DNA from: Methanotorris igneus Kol 5
GTDB lineage: Archaea; AGJL01; Methanococci; Methanococcales; Methanococcaceae
Direction: 5' to 3'
Assembly (NCBI RefSeq): GCF_000214415.1
Contig: NC_015562.1
Span: 1,379,130 to 1,403,129 of the forward strand
Length of the DNA stretch: 24,000 nt
Shown here one piece after another: positions 1 through 8,671 of the stretch. A program made the translations under genes and the position numbers. The first letter of the stretch is position 1. Every line of letters starts with the position of its first letter. The notes below the pieces were generated by a model. That model was not told where the DNA came from, ran no database searches, and saw nothing but the letters and a program-made list of their open reading frames with translations.

Positions 1-148
1 CTCCAAAAATAACGGTTTGTCTGAATTCCTCCCCTTCTAAAAAATATTTTATGGCTTTTGCTTTTTTCTCAACAATGTGCTTTATTATATCGTTAATTTT
101 TATTTTTGTATCTATTGTCTTTACTCTTTCAGTTATGCCGTATTTCAT
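1..148 (-). CDS. hypothetical protein, N-terminal fragment (gene continues past the left edge)
   Basis: ATG at 148-146 on the minus strand, preceded by GGGGTGG (complement of 154-160) with a 5-nt spacer. It starts only 12 nt after the TGA stop (163-161) of the upstream gene. The frame is open to position 1 and reads MKYGITERVKTIDTKIKINDIIKHIVEKKAKAIKYFLEGEEFRQTVIFG. It is missing from the ORF track because it is truncated. No family recognised. Confidence 0.4.
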   Translation of the reverse strand, partial: MKYGITERVKTIDTKIKINDIIKHIVEKKAKAIKYFLEGEEFRQTVIFG

Positions 149-160
149 TACTTCCACCCC

Positions 161-652
161 TCAGTCCTTCCTCAAATCATCCGTTTTTAACTCAATCCCC
201 ACCCTTTTTAATGCGTCTATTATCTCTTTTTTTATTCTTGTTTCAATATCCTCTTTATGCACTACTGATGATGGTGATAAAGAGGCAGATAAAATCCTCC
301 CTTTGCCATCCATTATAACAAGCATTGAACCAGAACCTGGAACCCCCAACCTACCCCTTGCAATAACCACATCCGCTTCTTCTGTATCAACTGCTATCAA
401 TCCTTTACTTACAGCAGGCATTCTTGTTAAATCGGCACAATTTGTATTTATGTTGAGCATCTCAATTTTTGCATTTACGACACGTGAGAGAATATCACTT
501 ATTACTTTAAATTTTTTTTGATTGTTTGTTGCGATTATTATTTTTTTCGCATTTAGTATGATTCTTTTTATTGCCTCAACCTCTTCCTCCTCATCCCCTC
601 TCCGCTTATTCTTTATGGATTGGGTATATGCCTTTTTTATGAGGTTCTCCAT
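161..652 (-). CDS. conserved hypothetical protein (163 aa), function unknown
   Basis: Clean 163-aa ORF with normal amino-acid composition, unlike its low-complexity antisense ORFs. It has a charged N-terminus (KNKRRGDEEEEVE) and a glycine-rich motif ARGRLGVPGSGSMLVIMDG suggesting a small alpha/beta nucleotide- or phosphate-binding fold. It appears translationally coupled to the downstream partial ORF. It resembles small uncharacterised methanogen-restricted proteins, but I cannot name the family with confidence. Confidence 0.6.
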   Translation of the reverse strand: MENLIKKAYTQSIKNKRRGDEEEEVEAIKRIILNAKKIIIATNNQKKFKVISDILSRVVNAKIEMLNINTNCADLTRMPAVSKGLIAVDTEEADVVIARGRLGVPGSGSMLVIMDGKGRILSASLSPSSVVHKEDIETRIKKEIIDALKRVGIELKTDDLRKD

Positions 653-673
653 AATACCACGAAATTAAGTTGT

Positions 674-707
674 GAAATTAAAATATAAATGAAATTAAAA
701 TATAAAT
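674..707. repeat. perfect 17-bp tandem duplication (gaaattaaaatataaat x2) in the promoter region of the 161-652 operon
   Basis: 674-690 and 691-707 are identical. On the minus strand each unit reads ATTTATATTTTAATTTC, so each carries a TTTATAT TATA-like box. Confidence 0.85.
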
Positions 708-732
708 AATAATAAAACTAAACTAAAATCCA

Positions 733-2223
733 TTATACCCTTTTCAACCAATCTAAATCATTTTTATGCAAGTCTCTAATATCATTAAGCCCCAATTTAA
801 GCATTGCTAATCTACTGAATCCAATACCCCAAGCTAAAACTGGCTTTTTAATCCCCAATGGCTCTAAAACCTCTGGCCTAAACATTCCAGCCCCAAGCAA
901 TTCAAGCCATCCTTTGCCTTCCAAATAAACCTCTGCCTCAAGTGATGGTTCAGTGAATGGGAAATATGCAGGTCTGAATCTAACTTTTTCAAAGCCCAAT
1001 CTGTTTAAAAATTCCTTTAAAATACCCACAAGGTTATCAAATGTAACGTTATCATCCATTATTATTCCTTCACATTGATAGAACTCTGGCAAATGCTTAT
1101 AATCAATTGCTTCATTTCTAAATACCCTATCTATGCAAAATACCTTGTGAGGTTTTTCTTTCTCCTCCTCTGAGAGTGATGCAAGGTATCTTATTGATGA
1201 TGCCGTTGTGTGTGTCCTTAAAACTGTTCTTCTTGAAACATTTTCATCGAATTTATATTTCCAACCCTCTGAAACCTTTACACCATCAATAGTTCCATCT
1301 TCATGGATACTTTTAACCTTCTTTAATAAATCTTCTGGGACATCCCCCTCAGTTGGGTATTTTAAGAAGAATGTGTCTTGCATTTCCCTTGCAGGGTGGT
1401 CTTGTGGCTCAAAGAGAACATCAAAGTTCCAAAATTCGGTCTCTACAATAGGGCTTTTTATTTCCTTGAATCCCATACTGATTAAAACTTCCTTAACTTC
1501 TCTTATAATTCTCGTCAATGGATGCATCTTTGCAGGATAAACCTCTTCAACAGGAATTTTGACATCATAAGGTCTTATATACGCCTCTCTCCATCTTCCA
1601 CCAATAATATCTTCTCTTGTTAATTGGGTAATTTCCTCTTTTATTTCGATTGGGTTCTTTATGTATTCTTTACCTTTTTCGGTAAGTTTTATTTTTCTCT
1701 CGACTTTTTCATCAATTTTGATAAATCCTCTCTTTTTTAGGTTTTCAATAATTTTTCTTTCTTTTTCATTATATAAGCTTAAGTGTGGATTTTCCTTTAA
1801 TTTTGCCAGTAAGATTTCTTCTTCGTCCTCATAATCTAAGCTCTCAAAAATAATATTTCCTTTTTCTATTTTTGCAATACCTTTTTTCTTTAAATTACCT
1901 AATGCTGCATTTATTTCATCTTTATCTAAAATATTTTTAAGGTCTTTTATTGGTATTGACGTTAAATCGTTCTCTTTTAAATATTTTGCTATTCTTCTCT
2001 CTGGTAGACCTTTTTCTAATACTTTCTTCCCTTCTTCAGTTAATATGGCAATAGATTCTTTATTTTCAATAATATCTACGAGTTCCTTCCCAGAAAGCCA
2101 TAAGGCGGTTCTCATAATTTTTTCTTTTTCTATATGTTTGGAGAGTTCATCAACATCCATAATTTCCTTTCGGGTTTCTTGAAAAACCTTTAATAATCTT
2201 TTTTCATCCATATGAAGTTCCAC
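733..2223 (-). CDS. pheS: phenylalanine--tRNA ligase alpha subunit (archaeal type)
   Basis: The C-terminal class II core carries [24 protein letters not shown] and [11 protein letters not shown] motifs, with a long archaeal/eukaryal-type N-terminal extension. The ORF track starts at a GTG (2232) that lies inside the Shine-Dalgarno-like GGTGGT (2233-2228). The GTG at 2223-2221 sits 4 nt downstream of that GGTGGT, the same geometry as other genes here, so it is my preferred start ([11 protein letters not shown]...). Confidence 0.93.
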   Translation of the reverse strand: MELHMDEKRLLKVFQETRKEIMDVDELSKHIEKEKIMRTALWLSGKELVDIIENKESIAILTEEGKKVLEKGLPERRIAKYLKENDLTSIPIKDLKNILDKDEINAALGNLKKKGIAKIEKGNIIFESLDYEDEEEILLAKLKENPHLSLYNEKERKIIENLKKRGFIKIDEKVERKIKLTEKGKEYIKNPIEIKEEITQLTREDIIGGRWREAYIRPYDVKIPVEEVYPAKMHPLTRIIREVKEVLISMGFKEIKSPIVETEFWNFDVLFEPQDHPAREMQDTFFLKYPTEGDVPEDLLKKVKSIHEDGTIDGVKVSEGWKYKFDENVSRRTVLRTHTTASSIRYLASLSEEEKEKPHKVFCIDRVFRNEAIDYKHLPEFYQCEGIIMDDNVTFDNLVGILKEFLNRLGFEKVRFRPAYFPFTEPSLEAEVYLEGKGWLELLGAGMFRPEVLEPLGIKKPVLAWGIGFSRLAMLKLGLNDIRDLHKNDLDWLKRV

Positions 2224-2499
2224 AATTACCACCTAAATGATTTTTATAGTTATTTGCGTTAGAATTTTAAAATTTAATTACTATCTTAGAAAAATTTAGT
2301 TAGGAATAAAATTATGAATCCTATAGATAACTATGATTTTATTCTATTTTTGCCTACCAAATAAAAAATTTTTCAAAAAAATCAATATATATTTAAATTT
2401 ATAAATTTAGAAAAAGTAATAATATGGATTAAAAAAATTAAATAACACATTTGGAAATTTAGAAAGTTTGAATTTATTTATCATTGCAATGGTGGTTTA

Positions 2500-3453
2500 A
2501 TGATTGACAAAAGTATCATTGATGAGATGTATAGGGAGGGTTATAGGGTTGCCCAATATGGTATATACACAAAAAAGTCAAAACCCTACAAAACTTTCAA
2601 AATTCCTGTTGATGCGGGGTTCAGTTGTCCAAATAAAAACAATGATGATAGTGGATGCATATTTTGCCCAAAAATGGGTAGACCTATTGCTGTTAAATAT
2701 TGTAACATAAAATATCCACTAAAAGAGCAGATTGAAATGCAAATGAAAAAACAAAAAAGTAAAGGCATAGAAAAATTTTACATCTACTTTTACCCAGGAA
2801 CTAACACATATGCTGATTTAGAAACACTAAAAGAACTTTGGGATCTTGCATTATCTTATGATGATGTTATTGGATTATCTATTGGAACAAGGCCAGATTG
2901 CTTAGAAAAGGAAAAATTGGATATTTTGGAGGAGTATGTTAAGGAAGGTTATGAAATTTGGATTGATTTAGGTATTCAAACCATGCACCAAAAAACACTT
3001 GAGCTTTTAAATAGAAAACATAATGTCTCAGATACAATAAGGGCAATAAAAGAATGTAAAAAAAGGAATATTTTGGTCTGTGGTCATGTAATCTTAGGTC
3101 TCCCAAATGAAACATGGAGCGAAATGATGGAAACAGCAAGGATTTTGTCTATTCTTGAAGTGGATGCATTAAAAATTTACCCTCTTGTTGTTGTAAAAAA
3201 CACAAAATTAGAGGAGATGTATTGGAGAGGGGAATATAGGGCTCTTGATGAGAAACAATACATCAACTTAGTTTGTGACTTTTTGGAACATCTTTCCCCT
3301 TATGTTTTAATTCAAAGAATTTCGAAAGATAAGGTTCCAGAAGATATAAAAGTGTCACCTGAATGGTCTTTGAGTAGATTGAGGATATTAAATGAAGTAA
3401 ATAAGGAGTTAGAAAGAAGAAACAGCAGACAAGGAGCAAAATACAACCTATAA
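2500..3453 (+). CDS. radical SAM protein, TIGR01212 (YhcC-like) family
   Basis: N-terminal motif GFSCPNKNNDDSGCIFCP matches the atypically spaced Cys triad I recall for the YhcC/TIGR01212 group (CPN..D....GC.FC). An Elp3-like radical SAM barrel follows (GTRPD, LGIQT). GGTGGT (2491-2496) lies 3 nt before the ATG. Confidence 0.8.
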   Translation: MIDKSIIDEMYREGYRVAQYGIYTKKSKPYKTFKIPVDAGFSCPNKNNDDSGCIFCPKMGRPIAVKYCNIKYPLKEQIEMQMKKQKSKGIEKFYIYFYPGTNTYADLETLKELWDLALSYDDVIGLSIGTRPDCLEKEKLDILEEYVKEGYEIWIDLGIQTMHQKTLELLNRKHNVSDTIRAIKECKKRNILVCGHVILGLPNETWSEMMETARILSILEVDALKIYPLVVVKNTKLEEMYWRGEYRALDEKQYINLVCDFLEHLSPYVLIQRISKDKVPEDIKVSPEWSLSRLRILNEVNKELERRNSRQGAKYNL

Positions 3454-3727
3454 TATTGAATTATGCAAAATTTTGTAAATATTATCCAAAAAATTAAAAA
3501 AATAAAAATTAAAAAAATAAAGTTTTAATGTCGAGATAGTTAAATTCATAGATAAAATATAAATATGACAACCTACCTTTATATTTTAGGTTAGAGCTTA
3601 TCACTATACATAAAATTCGCACATATTTTAACTATTATCTAATGCAATTTTTGGATGATAATCATTCATTTACTAACTATTACGATTTTTACTCCCTATT
3701 TTTCAGACAATATTTGTGAGGGATAGG

Positions 3728-5437
3728 ATGGTAAAGATAACTGATACTACTTTTAGGGATGCACATCAATCGTTAATGGCTACAAGAATGAGAACAGAGG
3801 ATATGCTTCCTATTGCCGAGAAGATGGATGAAGTTGGATTCCATTCTATTGAGGCTTGGGGTGGTGCAACATTTGATGCATGTATTAGATACTTAAATGA
3901 GGATCCTTGGGAAAGATTGAGGGCATTAAAAAAGAGGATTCAAAACACTCCTTTGCAGATGCTTTTAAGAGGACAGAACTTAGTTGGATACAGACACTAT
4001 CCAGATGACATTGTAGAGAAGTTTGTCCAAAAATCAGCAGAGAATGGGATTGATATTTTTAGGATATTTGATGCGTTAAATGACATAAGAAACATGGAAA
4101 CTGCAATAAAAGCTGCAAAGAAATGTGATGCTCACGTCCAAGGGGCTATTTGTTACACCATAAGCCCAGTTCATACAATAGATCAATATGTAGAACTTGC
4201 AAAAAAGTTGGAAGAACTTGGATGTGATTCTATATGTATAAAGGACATGGCTGGGCTTTTAAGACCATTTGAAGCAAAAGAATTAATTACAAGATTAAAA
4301 GAGGAAGTTTCAGTTCCTATTCAATTGCACAGCCACTGCACAAGTGGAATAGCCCCAATGACATACTTTGCTGCTATTGAGGCAGGAGTTGATGTAGTAG
4401 ATTGTGCAATGTCCCCATTTGCAATGGGAACTTCCCAACCACCAACAGAAAGTATTGTTGCTGCATTAAAAGGAACTAAATACGACACTGGATTGGATTT
4501 GAAGTTGTTGGAGGAAATTAGGAAATACTTCGAGAAAGTTAGGGAAAAATACAAGTGTTTAATAAACCCAATCTCAGAGAGAGTAGATGCAAGAATCTTG
4601 CTTTACCAAGTTCCTGGTGGAATGTTGTCAAACCTCGTCTCCCAATTAAAAGAACAGAATGCATTAGATAAGTTTGAAGAAGTTTTAGAGGAAATTCCAA
4701 AAGTTAGGAAAGATCTTGGTTATCCACCACTTGTAACTCCAACATCTCAAATTGTTGGAACTCAGGCAGTTATGAACGTTTTAACTGAAGAAAGGTATAA
4801 AATCGTTACAAATGAAGTTGTAAACTATGTCAAGGGGTTCTATGGAAAACCACCAGCTCCAATAAGCAAAGAATTGATGAAGAGGGTTTTAGAAGAAGGG
4901 GAGAAGCCAATAACATGCAGACCTGCGGATTTACTAGAGCCAGAATACGAGAAGAGAAAGAAAGAGGCATTAGAAAAAGGTATTGTAAAGAAGGAAGAAG
5001 ATATTTTAACTTACGCGTTATACCCACAAATTGCTGTGAAATTCTTGAGAGGAGAATTGAAAGCAGAGCCAATACCAAAAGAAAAAGAAGTCTCCAAATT
5101 CATGGAAGTTCCAACAGAGTACGTTGTTGAAGTTAATGGAGAGATATTCAATGTTAAAATTGAACCAGTTTGGGGGTCTGAATTAAAAGAAAAAGAAAAG
5201 AAGGAAACAATAACTGCTGAAACTGAAGGGGCAGTTTTATCTCCATTTAGAGGAATGATTACAAAGATAAAAGTTAAAGAAGGAGACACAGTTAAAAAAG
5301 GAGATGTAATTGCTATATTAGAGGCTATGAAAATGGAGAACCCAATTGAAAGTCCAGTAGATGGTAAAGTTGAGAAGATATTGGTTCATGAAGGACAATC
5401 AGTGAATGTTGGAGACGTAATAATGATAATTAAATAA
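3728..5437 (+). CDS. pycB: pyruvate carboxylase subunit B (carboxyltransferase plus C-terminal biotinyl domain)
   Basis: N-terminus MVKITDTTFRDAHQSL is typical of the HMGL-like carboxyltransferase family. The C-terminal lipoyl/biotinyl domain carries the biotinylation motif EAMKMEN. The ORF-track start (GTG 3716) is probably too long; ATG 3728 follows GAGGGATAGG. Confidence 0.9.
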   Translation: MVKITDTTFRDAHQSLMATRMRTEDMLPIAEKMDEVGFHSIEAWGGATFDACIRYLNEDPWERLRALKKRIQNTPLQMLLRGQNLVGYRHYPDDIVEKFVQKSAENGIDIFRIFDALNDIRNMETAIKAAKKCDAHVQGAICYTISPVHTIDQYVELAKKLEELGCDSICIKDMAGLLRPFEAKELITRLKEEVSVPIQLHSHCTSGIAPMTYFAAIEAGVDVVDCAMSPFAMGTSQPPTESIVAALKGTKYDTGLDLKLLEEIRKYFEKVREKYKCLINPISERVDARILLYQVPGGMLSNLVSQLKEQNALDKFEEVLEEIPKVRKDLGYPPLVTPTSQIVGTQAVMNVLTEERYKIVTNEVVNYVKGFYGKPPAPISKELMKRVLEEGEKPITCRPADLLEPEYEKRKKEALEKGIVKKEEDILTYALYPQIAVKFLRGELKAEPIPKEKEVSKFMEVPTEYVVEVNGEIFNVKIEPVWGSELKEKEKKETITAETEGAVLSPFRGMITKIKVKEGDTVKKGDVIAILEAMKMENPIESPVDGKVEKILVHEGQSVNVGDVIMIIK

Positions 5438-5538
5438 AATAAACTAAATATTAAATCCTACAATTTTTTACCACAATTTATTTTAGATATGCTCTTTTTA
5501 TTTCAAAAAATAAAATTAAATTTCTTTTGGTGAGATAC

Positions 5539-7053
5539 ATGTTCGAAAAAGTATTGATAGCCAACAGGGGAGAAATTGCCGTAAGAATTATAAGGGCTTG
5601 CAAAGAGTTGGGCATAAAAACTGTTGCTATTTATTCTGAGGCGGATGAGCATGCTCTCTATACTTCCCTTGCTGACGAATGCTACTGTATTGGCCCTCCA
5701 CCAGCATTGAAGAGTTATTTAAACATAAATGCAATATTAAATGTTGCTGAAAAGGCAGGTGTTGATGCTATCCATCCGGGTTACGGATTTTTGTCTGAAA
5801 ATGCAAACTTTGCAAGAGAATGTATAAAGAGAGGTTTTGAGTTTATAGGGCCTTCCCCAGAGGCAATAGAGGCAATGGGAAGTAAAATAAATGCAAAGAA
5901 AATAATGAAAAAAGCGGGAGTTCCAGTGCTCCCAGGAAGAGAGGAGCCAATAGAAACTGAGGAGGATGCAGTAGAAGTTGCAGAGGAAATAGGATATCCA
6001 GTAATAATTAAGGCCTCCGCTGGTGGAGGCGGAATGGGGATGAGTGTTGCTTATAACAGAGAAGAGTTAATTGAAAAAATAGAATCTACGAAATCAATAG
6101 CAAAAAGTGCATTTGGTGATGCTACAATATTTATTGAGAAGTATTTGGAAAAGCCAAGACACATTGAGATTCAAATTCTTGGAGATAAGTATGGAAATAT
6201 GATTCACTTGGGAGATAGGGAATGTTCAATCCAAAGGAGACACCAAAAGTTGATAGAGGAGGCTCCATCACCAATAATGACAGAAGAGTTAAGAGAAAGG
6301 ATGGGGAAAGCGGCAATAAAGGCAGGAAAAGCAATAAATTATTACAGTGCTGGAACTGTTGAGTTCTTATACAGTGATGGAGAATTTTACTTCTTAGAGA
6401 TGAATACAAGAATTCAGGTAGAGCATCCAATAACAGAAATGATAACTGGAATAGATATTGTAAAAGAGCAGATAAAGATTGCTGCGGGGGAGGAACTATC
6501 AATTAAACAGGAAGATGTTGTATTTAGAGGGCATGCGATAGAGTGTAGGATAAATGCAGAGGATGCTATAAATGACTTCGTTCCATGTCCAGGAAAGATT
6601 AGGGCTTACAGATCCCCAGGAGGGCCTGGAATTAGGTTAGATAGTGGAGTTTATGCAGGAGCTGAGATACCCCCATACTATGATTCGTTAATAGCAAAAC
6701 TTGTAGCGTATGGAAGAGATAGAAATGAGGCTATTGCAAGGATGAGGAGGGCATTATCTGAATATATAATTATTGGAGTTACTACAAACATTCCATTCCA
6801 TAGAGCTGTGATGGAAGAAGAGGACTTTATAAAAGGAAATCTCTCAACTCACTACGTTGAGGAGCACTGGGATGTCTTAAAAGATGAGATGCTTAAATAT
6901 GCAATAGAAGCAAAAGATATGGATAAATTATTCATTGAGAAAGTATTCCAAGACAATAAGAAAGTTGCAGCAATCGTTGGGGGGTTAAATGCATATATAT
7001 CCCGTATTATAACCAATAATAACAAAGAAAAAGATAAATATGGAGGGGAATAA
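5539..7053 (+). CDS. pycA: pyruvate carboxylase subunit A (biotin carboxylase, ATP-grasp)
   Basis: [36 protein letters not shown] and [11 protein letters not shown] are classic biotin carboxylase motifs. It sits directly downstream of pycB. ATG 5539 follows GGTGAG (5529-5534) with a 4-nt spacer; the ORF-track TTG at 5527 is unlikely. Confidence 0.92.
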   Translation: MFEKVLIANRGEIAVRIIRACKELGIKTVAIYSEADEHALYTSLADECYCIGPPPALKSYLNINAILNVAEKAGVDAIHPGYGFLSENANFARECIKRGFEFIGPSPEAIEAMGSKINAKKIMKKAGVPVLPGREEPIETEEDAVEVAEEIGYPVIIKASAGGGGMGMSVAYNREELIEKIESTKSIAKSAFGDATIFIEKYLEKPRHIEIQILGDKYGNMIHLGDRECSIQRRHQKLIEEAPSPIMTEELRERMGKAAIKAGKAINYYSAGTVEFLYSDGEFYFLEMNTRIQVEHPITEMITGIDIVKEQIKIAAGEELSIKQEDVVFRGHAIECRINAEDAINDFVPCPGKIRAYRSPGGPGIRLDSGVYAGAEIPPYYDSLIAKLVAYGRDRNEAIARMRRALSEYIIIGVTTNIPFHRAVMEEEDFIKGNLSTHYVEEHWDVLKDEMLKYAIEAKDMDKLFIEKVFQDNKKVAAIVGGLNAYISRIITNNNKEKDKYGGE

Positions 7054-7172
7054 GCATTAAATAGCAGTTTGTGTTATAAATGGTTAACTTAATGAAATTA
7101 AGGCATAAACATGTTTTATTTGAAAATTTAGCCATGATTAATTGTTATGGTTAGATGAGTAATAAAATTCCA

Positions 7173-7306
7173 TTGTAGTCGTTCTACAAATTACGGCACT
7201 GTCCATAATCTCAAATTTTAAATTTTAGGTAATTTAACAAAACTCCAATTTAAATTAGAGTTATGTTAACTGTCATCTAATTGTAGAACGACTATAAACG
7301 ACTATG
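7173..7306. repeat. pair of inverted palindromic repeats (MITE-like or operator-like) plus one extra half copy
   Basis: ttgtagtcgttctacaa (7173-7189) and ttgtagaacgactataa (7281-7297) are reverse complements of each other (16/17). Each is itself a TTGTAG-N5-CTAYAA palindrome. aacgactatg repeats again at 7297-7306. ttagatga (7151-7158) is also complementary to tcatctaa (7273-7280). Confidence 0.7.
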
Positions 7307-7348
7307 CCCCAAATAATTTTTTAAATTTTAACATTTGCATTTGCTGAT

Positions 7349-7359
7349 CTATAAAACCG
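7349..7359. repeat. target-site duplication, left copy (ctataaaaccg)
   Basis: Identical 11-mer at 8380-8390, immediately outside the IS ends. The boundary is ambiguous by one base: 11-bp TSD with 15-bp IR, or 9-bp TSD tataaaacc with 16-bp IR. Confidence 0.85.
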
Positions 7360-8379
7360 AGGTTGTCGAAAAATACGAATACTATAAATAATAGTAATAA
7401 TAATTATGAGCGGCAGAAAAACCAAAAGAAAAGGATACTGGAAAGCCTACGATAAGAGGTTTAAGATATTCAATATTAAGTACACTTATGATTTTGTTTC
7501 ATTTATTATAAATATTTTACTTCCATATAAAGAAAAACGCAAAGTAGGAAGGCCTTTAGCTATAAGTTACAATGAATATATAGCTACTCTAATAATAAAA
7601 CACATTTTTAGAATTAGTTTAAGAGATTTAGAAACTCTTTCCGATTATTTACATAAAAAGCATATAGATAGCTCCACATACGGAAAAGCTTTTCAGAGGA
7701 TTAAAATAAGCGATTTAACTAAAATAATCGTTGGATTACACTTAATTATTGCTAATTCGTTAAAATCATCGGTTATAATTTACATAGCTGATTCCACTGG
7801 AGTCCATTTATTAAGAGTGTATTGTGAAAGAATCAGAGTTGTGAATAATGAAATAAAAAAGGTAAAGTATCGGGTTTTTGACAAAATGCACGTATTAGCT
7901 TGCTATTATAAAGATTATGGATTAATTTCGATTGTTATGGTAAAATGGGATAATGGATATAGTTCAGACAGTAAAAACTTACTAAAAATGATAAAATCTT
8001 TAGATTTTGTGAAAGGTGCGATAATATTGTTGGATGGTGGTTACGATGATGAAGATTTACTTAGAGAGTTGTTATCCATAGACCTCATTCCAATAGTTAA
8101 AACAAAAGAGTTTAAATGGGATTACGGTATTTCTAAAATCAGAAAGAAAGTTAAAAAATTGTTTGATAAGAAACTGTATAAAATTAGAGGGGTAATAGAA
8201 GCGATATTTGGAGGGCTAAAAACTAAATTTAGATTAACTCTAAATGAAAAACTACCTGAAAGTAGATGTAGAGCTACTTTAGCAGTAGCAATCGTTCATA
8301 ATATTTTAACACTAATGAGAGTTATTAGTATTAGAGAGTAATATTTAAATTCATTGATGAAATAATTTTTCGACAACCT
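7360..8379 (+). mobile_element. intact insertion sequence (~1.02 kb) with 15-16 bp terminal inverted repeats and one DDE transposase gene
   Basis: Left end aggttgtcgaaaaat (7360-7374) is the exact reverse complement of the right end atttttcgacaacct (8365-8379). The element is flanked by the perfect direct repeat ctataaaaccg. It contains a single 311-aa transposase ORF. Confidence 0.9.
7406..8341 (+). CDS. DDE transposase, IS4/IS5-superfamily-like
   Basis: N-terminal GRP motif (KVGRPLAISYNEY) with a helix-turn-helix-like region. Candidate catalytic triad in IADSTG, LLDGGYDD and RGVIEAIFGGLKTKF, where the last resembles the Y-R-E-K region of IS4/IS5 enzymes. The ORF lies between the terminal inverted repeats. 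Confidence 0.85.
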   Translation: MSGRKTKRKGYWKAYDKRFKIFNIKYTYDFVSFIINILLPYKEKRKVGRPLAISYNEYIATLIIKHIFRISLRDLETLSDYLHKKHIDSSTYGKAFQRIKISDLTKIIVGLHLIIANSLKSSVIIYIADSTGVHLLRVYCERIRVVNNEIKKVKYRVFDKMHVLACYYKDYGLISIVMVKWDNGYSSDSKNLLKMIKSLDFVKGAIILLDGGYDDEDLLRELLSIDLIPIVKTKEFKWDYGISKIRKKVKKLFDKKLYKIRGVIEAIFGGLKTKFRLTLNEKLPESRCRATLAVAIVHNILTLMRVISIRE

Positions 8380-8390
8380 CTATAAAACCG
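8380..8390. repeat. target-site duplication, right copy (ctataaaaccg)
   Basis: See the left copy at 7349-7359. The right copy overlaps the first bases of the tRNA-Val BRE-like element. Confidence 0.85.
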
Positions 8391-8403
8391 AAAACTTTAT
8401 ATA
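8388..8403 (+). promoter_or_regulatory. archaeal BRE/TATA promoter of tRNA-Val
   Basis: ccgaaaac (8388-8395) followed by tttatata (8396-8403), ending 37 nt before the tRNA 5' end. The same CGAAAA[C/G]-T(T)TATATA module occurs at both tRNA promoters at 15932-15962. Confidence 0.7.
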
Positions 8404-8440
8404 CTACTTTGTCAATTTTTAATTTGCAATTAATTGTTGT

Positions 8441-8517
8441 GGGCTCGTGGTCTAGCTGGCTATGATGCCGCCCTGACACGGCGGTGGTCGGGAGTTCGAA
8501 TCTCCCCGAGCCCACCA
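8441..8517 (+). tRNA. tRNA-Val (anticodon GAC), CCA encoded
   Basis: Hand-folded cloverleaf: acceptor GGGCTCG/CGAGCCC, anticodon arm CCGCC-CTGACAC-GGCGG, T arm GGGAG-TTCGAAT-CTCCC, discriminator A, then CCA (8515-8517). Confidence 0.93.
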
Positions 8518-8558
8518 TTTTATTTTTGGACAGGTAGATTGTTATATGAATTTTTGAT

Positions 8559-8579
8559 GAAACTTTTTCCAAAAGTTTC
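8559..8579. terminator. perfect 9-bp hairpin between convergent tRNA-Val and hemC
   Basis: gaaactttt (8559-8567), loop tcc, aaaagtttc (8571-8579). It lies in a T/A-rich context between two convergent transcription units. A terminator role is inferred only. Confidence 0.35.
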
Positions 8580-8671
8580 GTTTGGATCTTTCAAGCATTT
8601 TATTTTAGGAACTTGTATTGATATATTTAGATTAATAAATTAACAATGTCGAAAAAAATAAAAATTGTCGG

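Noticed and set aside
51-521. 156-aa and 70-aa plus-strand ORFs antisense to the 161-652 gene. Similar antisense ORFs sit inside pheS (1208-1540), pycB, pycA, hemC, glnA and cdhC (22176-22685, 169 aa; 22234-22641).
   Set aside because: They are low-complexity Ser/Phe/Ile/Leu-rich translations mirroring K/E-rich sense codons. They have no ribosome-binding sites and are fully nested in well-supported genes on the other strand.
8351-8643. ORFs 8351-8572 (-) and 8434-8643 (+).
   Set aside because: Both are built around the GC-rich tRNA-Val gene and span the IS end and promoter, so they are not coding.
8647-8659. tgtcgaaaaaaat resembles the IS terminal repeat core (ttgtcgaaaaat), suggesting a solo IS end about 270 bp from the intact element.
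   Set aside because: Only a 10-nt exact match (tgtcgaaaaa) in A-rich sequence. My rough estimate gives about a 10% chance of such a match somewhere in the window, and there is no partner end or additional similarity.
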